Shown here piece by piece: positions 57,544 to 64,000 of a stretch of DNA of 64,000 nucleotides (its first letter is position 1; each line of letters opens with the position of its first letter). The stretch is taken from the NCBI GenBank assembly GCA_012520975.1, contig JAAYNF010000128.1:12380-76379 (forward strand), written 5' to 3'. The notes below the pieces were generated by a model that worked only from the letters and a program-made list of their open reading frames with translations, was not told the DNA's origin and did no database searches. The position numbers and the translations under genes are program-made. The DNA is from Clostridiaceae bacterium (GTDB lineage: Bacteria; Bacillota; Clostridia; Saccharofermentanales; UBA5734).

Positions 57544-58845
57544 ATGAACACCAAACGGATTGTCGGATTGGCGGCTTTGTGCCTAATCTGTGCGGTTGCA
57601 GCCTCAGCGTTAACCCTTTGGGCTATGACGCGCGGCTTGTTCGGGATTTATCCACCGACTCCGGAAACCGGCGCCACGCCTCAAACTTCGCCGCAGGATT
57701 CAACGGCGACTCCGACACCAACAAAAAAGCCAACACCGACGCCCACCAAGGCGCCGAGCGTCACGTCCCAACCCACGATTTCAGTGCCCCCCACGCCGAC
57801 CCCCAAGCCGAATGAAGCAACAAACGGCGATCCCGAGCCCAAAGATCACCCTGAGGACTCGATGATCCTGTCCACAGAACGCTTGATCGAAAAGCTGTAT
57901 GAGGAGGTTTCTCCTTCGGTTGTCAGCATCGAGGTGGAGGTTGAGGAGTTTGGCAAATCACAGTTTCGGACCAACCAAGGCTCGGGACTGATTTTGCGCG
58001 AAACAGGCGAGATCGCCACAAATGCAGCCATTTTATCGATCGCCACCGACAAAAACGGCAACCTCCTCGCCAACGCCATCGTTCGGGTCAAGGTCAAGGA
58101 CATTGACAGACCTTTTGCGGCCGCTCTGATCGGTCACGATGTTCTGTCGGGTCTGGCTGTTATCAAGATCGATCCGGCAGACCATAAGCTGAAACCGGGT
58201 GTTTTTGCCCAAGCGCCGGATGTCCGGATCGGTCAGGTTGTCATGGCGGTCGGTTATCCGGACATTCTTTATGAATCCGGCGGCCTGTCCAGCGGGTTGA
58301 TCACCGGCATCAACCGAACGGTGTTATTGGAGGACGGCCTTGCGGTCCAGATGTTGCAGACCAATGCGCCGGTCAGTCTGAATTGTTCCGGCGGACCTTT
58401 ACTCAATCTCAAAGGCGAAGTCCTTGGACTGACCAACTGCGCCGTGATTCGCGAAGCCATCGATTCATTGAGTTATGTCCTGCCGTCGGCCGTTGTTCAA
58501 ACCGTCAGTGTTGAACTGATCGATAACGGTCAGACTTCCGGTCGCTCTTGGCTGGGCGTTTCTGTGCTGTCGGAAGCCAGTTTCTTGGAGTTGCAAAAAT
58601 TATACGGTCTGCCTGACGGACTTTATGTCAGTCACGTTATCAGTGACAGTCCTGCCTATACGGCAGATCTGCGCAAGAACGACATCATCACCCGGCTCAA
58701 TGGTATCGATGTGGGAACTTCTCTGGACATTTCTCGTTTTCTTCAGATCAACCCTCCCGGTACATTGGTGGAGATCCGGGTTTACCGCCGGACGGACGGT
58801 CGTTACTATAATCTCAAGACTTATCTTCAGGAGAAAATCGGTTAA
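57544..58845 (+). CDS. HtrA/DegP-like S1C protease homolog with a PDZ domain and a degenerate catalytic triad
   Basis: N-terminal TM, a P/T-rich linker, then a trypsin-like core: 'ATNAAIL' (expected TNxHV), 'SGLAVIKI' (expected DLAVL) and 'NCSGGPL' (Ser kept). C-terminal PDZ. Confidence 0.8.
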   Translation: MNTKRIVGLAALCLICAVAASALTLWAMTRGLFGIYPPTPETGATPQTSPQDSTATPTPTKKPTPTPTKAPSVTSQPTISVPPTPTPKPNEATNGDPEPKDHPEDSMILSTERLIEKLYEEVSPSVVSIEVEVEEFGKSQFRTNQGSGLILRETGEIATNAAILSIATDKNGNLLANAIVRVKVKDIDRPFAAALIGHDVLSGLAVIKIDPADHKLKPGVFAQAPDVRIGQVVMAVGYPDILYESGGLSSGLITGINRTVLLEDGLAVQMLQTNAPVSLNCSGGPLLNLKGEVLGLTNCAVIREAIDSLSYVLPSAVVQTVSVELIDNGQTSGRSWLGVSVLSEASFLELQKLYGLPDGLYVSHVISDSPAYTADLRKNDIITRLNGIDVGTSLDISRFLQINPPGTLVEIRVYRRTDGRYYNLKTYLQEKIG

Positions 58846-58847
58846 GT

Positions 58848-59480
58848 ATGGATAAACACCGGACAGCAGCAACTGTGGTTCGACGCCTTCGGCAGCATTA
58901 CCCTGACGCACAATGCACCCTCGACTTTCAAGAACCTTGGCAACTTCTGGTCGCCTCTATATTATCGGCCCAATGTACCGATGCTCGGGTAAATTTAATT
59001 ACGCCGGACCTTTTCAGCCGTTATCCAACGTTAAACAGTCTGGCCCAAGCCGACCTTGCGGACATTGAACGGTTGGTTCGCAGCTGCGGCCTGTTTCGTA
59101 CCAAAGCCCGAGCCATTCTCGGTTCGGCAACTCGTTTGGTCACTGATTTTAATGGAATATTACCGCCGGACCGGGAGGCACTGATGAGCCTTCCCGGTGT
59201 TGGCCGCAAGATCGCCAACCTGTTGCTTGGGGATTGTTTTGGCATTCCGGCCATCGTTGTCGACACACATTGTGCCCGCATTTCGACCTTGATCGGTTTG
59301 ACCAGACAGACTTCGCCCTTGGCAGTTGAGAAGGATCTTGCCGAAGTTCTGCCACCCGAAGATTGGATTGCATATGGTCATCTGATGGTCAGTCACGGCC
59401 GCGCGATTTGCGTCGCCAGAAAGCCCGATTGTTCCGGCTGTCCGTTGCAGGATATTTGCCAATATGCTTTGCGCCGATGA
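58848..59480 (+). CDS. nth: endonuclease III
   Basis: HhH-GPD 'LPGVGRKIANLLL' and 'VVDTHCARI'. Fe-S motif 'CVARKPDCSGCPLQDIC'. Confidence 0.9.
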   Translation: MDKHRTAATVVRRLRQHYPDAQCTLDFQEPWQLLVASILSAQCTDARVNLITPDLFSRYPTLNSLAQADLADIERLVRSCGLFRTKARAILGSATRLVTDFNGILPPDREALMSLPGVGRKIANLLLGDCFGIPAIVVDTHCARISTLIGLTRQTSPLAVEKDLAEVLPPEDWIAYGHLMVSHGRAICVARKPDCSGCPLQDICQYALRR

Positions 59481-61573
59481 GCCAGGCAAGAGAAAGCACC
59501 GATTTATTTTCCCGGCCGGTGACGGCTCTACCCGGCGTAGCCGGTCGCCGTGCTGCGCTTCTGCGTCGCTTGGACATTACGACTTGGTTTGACCTGCTGA
59601 CTTGGTTTCCTCGTGATTTTGAGGATTGGTCGACGCTCACGCCCCTTGCCGAACTGATCGATGGCGAGGAGCAGACCTTTGTTGCTCGTGTGACACGCAA
59701 ACCGACTCTCACGCGCAGGGGTCGTTTGAGCATTCTTCGCGCCCACCTGCGTGATGATGCGCAGGCGATTGCGGCGGTCTGGTTTAACCAGGCCTGGCTG
59801 GTCGATCGGCTCGAAGTCGATCAATGGTATATTTTTCATGGTCGAATCACGCGCCGCGGTTCCGCGTTCAGTGTTCAGAATCCGGCTTTTGAGCCGTGGG
59901 ATCCGGAAAAGGACGGTTCCTATGGTATTCGTCCGATTTATCCCTTGACCGAAGGACTCAGCCAAGGCGTCATGCGCCGGCTCATTCAAACCGTTATTCC
60001 GCGCCTGATCGGGCAGATACCCGAACCCCTGCCCGACCAGATTCGACGTCGACACAAATTGTGTGCCGTTGATTTCGCCTACAGCCGGATTCATCATCCT
60101 TCAAGCTGGGAAGAGGCGGAAATCTGCCGCTATCGCTTGGCGTTTGAAGAACTTTTTCTCTTGTTGGCCGGATTGCAATTGCTTCGGAATCAAAGCCGGA
60201 ATCAAAATTTGGGCTGTGTCTTAACTCTGGATCCGGAACAGACCATAAAATTCAACCAAATCTTTGCCGGTTTACCATTTAGTCTGACCCAAGCACAGGA
60301 GCGCACTTGGAAAGAGGTACTGGAAGATCTGGGCAGCCCTCAACCGATGAATCGTCTCATTCAGGGCGATGTCGGTTCCGGAAAAACGGTAATCGCGGCC
60401 TTGGCCATGCTTTGGTGCGCTCTGGCCGGTGGGCAGGCCGTCCTGATGGCGCCCACCGCAATTCTTGCTCGGCAGCACTTTGATACTCTGAATCGTTTGT
60501 TGTCCGCCAGCGGGGAACCGATCGCTTTGCTGACTGGTTCAACCTTGGCCAAGGAACGTCGGCAGCTGTTATCCGATCTGGCCGATGGCCAAATTCGTCT
60601 CTTGGTGGGCACCCATGCCCTGATTGAAGAAAGCGTGAGCTTTCACAATTTGCTGCTGGCTGTCACCGATGAACAACATCGGTTCGGTGTCCGACAACGA
60701 ATCAAGCTCGGCTCCGGTGAAACCGCCGTTCAACCGCATGTTCTTGTCATGTCGGCCACTCCGATCCCCCGAACACTGGCCCTGATTCTCTACAGTGATC
60801 TTGATATTTCCTTGATCGACCAACTGCCTCCCGGGCGGCAACCGATTCGCACCTACACCGCGGTCAGCAGTGACCGGCCGCGTATCGAGCAGATTATGCG
60901 TCGGCAGGTGCAGGAAGGACGGCAGGTTTATGTTGTTTGCCCCATGATCGAAGAGCAGGCCGACACCGATCTGAAATCAGCCGTCAGTACCTACAATCGA
61001 CTGGCGCAGCAGGTCTTTCCCGATTTGCGCATCGGGTTGCTGCACGGCTCGTTGAAAACCGATGCCAAGGATCAGGTCATGCAGGCCTTTATGCAAGGTG
61101 AGATTCAGATTTTGGTCAGCACGACGGTCATTGAAGTCGGCGTGGATAACCCCAATGCAAACTTGATGCTGATCGAAAATGCCGAGCGTTTCGGGTTGGC
61201 TCAACTTCACCAATTGCGCGGCCGGATCGGTCGGGGGGAGCATCAAGCCTTGTGCATCCTGTTATCCGACAGCCAAGATGAGAAGGCCCGTGAGCGGCTG
61301 CGGACCCTTTGTCGATCGGAAAACGGTTTCGAAATCGCGGAAAAAGATTTGGAGTTGCGCGGACCCGGAGAATTTTTCGGCACACGCCAACACGGTCTTC
61401 CGCCTCTAAAACTGGCCAATCTGTATCGTGACCGGAAATTGCTGGCGGATGTGCAGGTTTCACTGGCCGAACTGGCCGAACGTGATCCTTTGTTGGAAAC
61501 CCGAGAAAATCAGCCGATTCGTCAGGCATTGGATACCCGGTATGGACAGTTGTTCAAGCGAATCGGCATCTGA
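59477..61573 (+). CDS. recG: ATP-dependent DNA helicase RecG
   Basis: 'GDVGSGKT', 'TDEQHRFG' and 'QLHQLRGRIGRG'. ATG 59477 is in an ATGA overlap with the nth stop. Confidence 0.9.
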   Translation: MSQARESTDLFSRPVTALPGVAGRRAALLRRLDITTWFDLLTWFPRDFEDWSTLTPLAELIDGEEQTFVARVTRKPTLTRRGRLSILRAHLRDDAQAIAAVWFNQAWLVDRLEVDQWYIFHGRITRRGSAFSVQNPAFEPWDPEKDGSYGIRPIYPLTEGLSQGVMRRLIQTVIPRLIGQIPEPLPDQIRRRHKLCAVDFAYSRIHHPSSWEEAEICRYRLAFEELFLLLAGLQLLRNQSRNQNLGCVLTLDPEQTIKFNQIFAGLPFSLTQAQERTWKEVLEDLGSPQPMNRLIQGDVGSGKTVIAALAMLWCALAGGQAVLMAPTAILARQHFDTLNRLLSASGEPIALLTGSTLAKERRQLLSDLADGQIRLLVGTHALIEESVSFHNLLLAVTDEQHRFGVRQRIKLGSGETAVQPHVLVMSATPIPRTLALILYSDLDISLIDQLPPGRQPIRTYTAVSSDRPRIEQIMRRQVQEGRQVYVVCPMIEEQADTDLKSAVSTYNRLAQQVFPDLRIGLLHGSLKTDAKDQVMQAFMQGEIQILVSTTVIEVGVDNPNANLMLIENAERFGLAQLHQLRGRIGRGEHQALCILLSDSQDEKARERLRTLCRSENGFEIAEKDLELRGPGEFFGTRQHGLPPLKLANLYRDRKLLADVQVSLAELAERDPLLETRENQPIRQALDTRYGQLFKRIGI

Positions 61574-61597
61574 ACCCCGAACAAGAAAGGAGAGCAT

Positions 61598-62149
61598 ATG
61601 CCCCGTGTGATAGCTGGCAGTGCCCGCGGCATCCCCCTGATGACTCCGCGCGGATCAAGCACCCGACCGACCGGCGATAAAGTCAAGGAAGCCCTCTTTT
61701 CGATTCTGACGCCCCGTCTGCCCGAGGCGAACTTTCTTGATTTGTTTGCCGGAACCGGACAGATCGGTCTTGAGGCGGCTTCCCGCGATGCCGGACAGGT
61801 GGTCCTGATCGAAAGCGCTCCCCAATGTCTGCAGGTGATCCGGGAGAACATAATCAAAACCCGGTTGGCGGACAAGGTTGCCCTCATGTCGGTGGATGTT
61901 TTTTGGGCTGTGCATAAACTCCGCCACAACGGTCGGAAGTTCGACATCATTTTTTTGGACCCACCCTACAATCGCGCTTATGCGACACTTAACCGTCTGG
62001 CGGATGATTTGCAGGCCCTGCTTGCGCCGGCTGGATTATTGGTTCTGGAACATGATGCCAAGGAGGCGACGCAGCCATTTGTAACCAATTTGAAATTATC
62101 AAGAAGTTGCCAGTATGGGGCGTCGATGTTATCATTTTATCAGCTGTAG
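61598..62149 (+). CDS. rsmD: 16S rRNA (guanine966-N2)-methyltransferase
   Basis: 'RVIAGSARG', 'TRPTGDKVKEALFSIL' and 'IIFLDPPY'. Confidence 0.9.
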   Translation: MPRVIAGSARGIPLMTPRGSSTRPTGDKVKEALFSILTPRLPEANFLDLFAGTGQIGLEAASRDAGQVVLIESAPQCLQVIRENIIKTRLADKVALMSVDVFWAVHKLRHNGRKFDIIFLDPPYNRAYATLNRLADDLQALLAPAGLLVLEHDAKEATQPFVTNLKLSRSCQYGASMLSFYQL

Positions 62150-62190
62150 CCGATTTCGGTCTGATTTTATGCGTGGAGGACGGTTGAGTC

Positions 62191-62697
62191 GTGAATACCC
62201 TCATCTATCCGGGTTCGTTTGATCCGTTCACCAACGGTCACGTCGACATCGCCAGCCGGGCGGCCCTTCTTTGTGACCGGCTTCTGATTGTGATCTTGAC
62301 AAACAGAGCCAAAAAACAGCACTTCGATGCCGACACCCGCGTCGCAATGGCCCGACTGGCCATGGAGGGCGTGGACAACGTCGAGGTTGAAAAATTCGAC
62401 GGTTTGCTGGTCGACTACTATCGCCGGGTCGATGCCACCGCCGTGGTTCGCGGATTGAGAAGCCAATCTGATTTTCGTTTTGAAGCCGAGATTGCCGCGG
62501 CCAACAAGCTGTTGTTGCCAAGTTACGAGACCTGCCTGTTGCCTTGTCGCCCCGATCTGGCCTTTACCAGTTCATCGCTTGTGCGTGAGGTTGCTTCTTA
62601 TGGCGGTGACATTTCGGGCATGGTTCCGAAAGCTCTGGTTTCCATCATTCAAAAACACCTGAATAATAATAAACCGGCTGCTTTGCAGCCTGATTGA
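62191..62697 (+). CDS. coaD: phosphopantetheine adenylyltransferase
   Basis: 'YPGSFDPFTNGHVDI'. GTG start. Confidence 0.95.
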   Translation: MNTLIYPGSFDPFTNGHVDIASRAALLCDRLLIVILTNRAKKQHFDADTRVAMARLAMEGVDNVEVEKFDGLLVDYYRRVDATAVVRGLRSQSDFRFEAEIAAANKLLLPSYETCLLPCRPDLAFTSSSLVREVASYGGDISGMVPKALVSIIQKHLNNNKPAALQPD

Positions 62698-62717
62698 CTT
62701 CGGAGGATTTGACCGGA

Positions 62718-63188
62718 ATGTACGAACAAAAACCAAGAAGACAAGCAGAACAAGATACTGCCGAACTGCTCAATCGGCTTGAGAACAGCGTGATCTCGGC
62801 TCGTTCGATGCCTTTTTCCAGCAGCTGCGTTGTTGATCGTGAAGAAATGATGGTTCTGATCGGTATGATTCGGGAGAGTCTGCCGTCGGAGTTGCAACAG
62901 GCGAAATGGCTGCTTGAGCAAAACCGGCAGCTTATCGCCGAGGCCAGAAAAGAAGCCGAGAATATCATGCGCGAAGCCGAAACCCGTATGGCCAGCATGA
63001 TTGATGAGCATGAGATTACGGTTCAGGCCCGCAACCAAGCGGCGCAGGCTATTGAAGCCGCCAATCATTCGGCTCGTCAGATTCGCAACGGCGCCATCGA
63101 ATATGCCCGGAAGCGGCTGGTTAACCTAGAGGAGCAATTGACCGAAATGCTGGTCATGATCCAACGAAACAAAAAGGAATTGAAATAG
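62718..63188 (+). CDS. hypothetical coiled-coil protein conserved after coaD
   Basis: 156 aa from ATG 62718, 11 nt after GGAGG. E/Q/A/R-rich helical sequence 'QQAKWLLEQNRQLIAEARKEAENIMREAE'. No enzymatic motif. Confidence 0.5.
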   Translation: MYEQKPRRQAEQDTAELLNRLENSVISARSMPFSSSCVVDREEMMVLIGMIRESLPSELQQAKWLLEQNRQLIAEARKEAENIMREAETRMASMIDEHEITVQARNQAAQAIEAANHSARQIRNGAIEYARKRLVNLEEQLTEMLVMIQRNKKELK

Positions 63189-63216
63189 TCGTCCTATTTG
63201 GTGTCTCCTATTGAAC

Positions 63217-63252
63217 AAAAGCCGATCCGTCGTACAAACAGGATCGGCTTTT
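63217..63252. terminator. bidirectional intrinsic terminator between the convergent coiled-coil gene and ilvE
   Basis: AAAAGCCGATCC / GGATCGGCTTTT 12-bp stem with a 12-nt loop. The A and T tracts on either side allow termination in both directions. Confidence 0.8.
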
Positions 63253-63274
63253 CCTGTATGATCAGACTTTATAA

Positions 63275-64000
63275 TCAGACTTTTTCCGTCCAGCCAAAGG
63301 CATCAGGATGTTGGCCGTACTGAATGGCGGTAATGGTGTCATAGAAAATCTGACTTAACTTGCCGATTTGGCCGTCATTGAAAATCATGACATCATCATT
63401 GTATTTCAGCTTGCCGACCGGTGAGATGATGGCCGCCGTGCCCGATCCGAAAACCTCGCTAACACGATCGGCACGAGCCAGCTCGGCCAGCTCATCTATA
63501 GCGATCGCCCGTTCCTCGATCGGAATGTTCATGGCTTCGGCCAGTTCGATCACGGTGCGACGGGTAATTCCGGGCAGGATGCTGCCATTAAGCGCCGGAG
63601 TGACCAATTGATCGTCAATAACAAAAAAGACATTCATTGATCCGACTTCTTCGATATAGCGACGATGCACCCCATCGAGCCAGAGCACCTGAACATAGCC
63701 CGCAGCGTGAGCATTGGCCTGTGAAATCAAGCTGGAGGCGTAATTTCCGGGCGTTTTGGCATAGCCGGTTCCACCTTTAACCGCGCGAACATATTCTGCT
63801 TCGACATAAATGTTGACCGGCTTGATGCCTTCCGGGTAATAAGCCCCCGAGGGTGACAGAATGATCATGAACCGATACGTCTGGGACGGACTTACGCCGA
63901 GATGGGCATCCGTGGCAAAAATGAAAGGTCGAATGTAAAGGGAAGTGCCGGGGTCGGTGGGAACCCAGTCCTGATCGACCCGAATCAACTCTTTGAGACA
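63275..64000 (-). CDS. ilvE: branched-chain amino acid aminotransferase (class IV), 3' part; the N-terminus lies beyond the right edge
   Basis: 'SLYIRPFIFATD', 'VRAVKGGTGYAKTPGNYASSL' and 'NGSILPGITR'. The frame stays open to nt 64000. Confidence 0.85.
   Translation of the reverse strand, partial: CLKELIRVDQDWVPTDPGTSLYIRPFIFATDAHLGVSPSQTYRFMIILSPSGAYYPEGIKPVNIYVEAEYVRAVKGGTGYAKTPGNYASSLISQANAHAAGYVQVLWLDGVHRRYIEEVGSMNVFFVIDDQLVTPALNGSILPGITRRTVIELAEAMNIPIEERAIAIDELAELARADRVSEVFGSGTAAIISPVGKLKYNDDVMIFNDGQIGKLSQIFYDTITAIQYGQHPDAFGWTEKV

Noticed and set aside
63260-63283. Direct repeat ATCAGACTTT ... ATCAGACTTT at the ilvE stop.
   Set aside because: There are two 10-bp copies, one of which is ilvE coding sequence. 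There is no further structure or copies, so coincidence or minor slippage is likely.
1-64000. Numerous ORFs of 60-280 aa antisense to, or out of frame with, the genes called above. Examples: 2669-3412(-), 8301-8879(-), 10940-11632(-), 25695-26417(-), 28041-28880(-), 41350-42189(-), 46168-46902(-), 53203-53850(-), 59528-60097(-).
   Set aside because: Each lies entirely inside a gene whose product has clear family motifs on the other strand or frame. Their translations are low-complexity (R/G/P/A-rich) with no motifs, as expected for shadow ORFs in GC-rich coding DNA.
1-64000. Search for tRNA/rRNA genes, CRISPR repeats, transposase, integrase or recombinase genes, terminal inverted repeats, phage genes, toxin-antitoxin pairs or known defence-system signatures.
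   Set aside because: No periodic repeat-spacer structure, T-loop-like GGTTCGAATCC element, recombinase motif or small paired ORFs were found by eye. The window reads as core chromosome with one modest accessory stretch (about 18.3-27.0 kb).

Overview
This is a 64-kb chromosomal window that looks like a Bacillota (Clostridia-like) genome, judged from gene content and synteny. It is dense, mostly + strand housekeeping operons. All calls come from by-eye motif and alignment reading of the supplied ORF track and sequence; no searches were run.

Gene order, left to right:
- The 3' end of an unknown beta-strand-rich protein.
- A translationally coupled pepF-CYTH-flavoprotein-flavoprotein operon.
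- A citramalate-type branched-chain amino-acid operon (cimA-leuC-leuD-leuB-ilvD-ilvB).
- A self-contained metal-type ABC ATPase and permease pair with no binding protein.
- Convergent ilvN-ilvC and mscL.
- An accessory stretch (about 18.3-27.0 kb): a SucCD-like CoA-ligase pair split by an 8-Cys ferredoxin-like gene, a class V aminotransferase, an IclR regulator, a Gfo/Idh/MocA oxidoreductase, a NUDIX hydrolase, a GH35-like glycosidase and a mini P-loop protein.
- rimP-nusA-ylxR-ylxQ-infB-rbfA-DHH-truB, then a ribF::M16 fusion with an active M16 partner, then lgt and rodA.
- A dcw cluster: mraZ-rsmH-ftsL-PBP-murE-murF-mraY-ftsW-murG-ftsQ-sbp-ftsZ. murD and ftsA are absent from it.
- nrdR, an OmpR/HK two-component pair, and an HtrA-like protein with a degenerate catalytic triad.
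- nth-recG-rsmD-coaD, a coiled-coil protein, and the 3' part of ilvE on the - strand.

Many gene junctions are 4-nt ATGA, GTGA or TTGA overlaps (3322, 4638, 10892, 12565, 15170, 32421, 37083, 50718, 51839, 59477). I saw no rRNA, tRNA, CRISPR array, transposase, integrase or recognisable defence/toxin module.

The items most worth follow-up:
1. The three-gene SucC-like / Cys-rich / SucD-like ligase with IclR-type operators.
2. The RibF-M16 fusion.
3. The HtrA paralog lacking canonical His and Asp, sitting behind a candidate response-regulator direct repeat.
4. The structured rimP-nusA leader.

None of these is a demonstrated novel system, and the interest scores are deliberately moderate.
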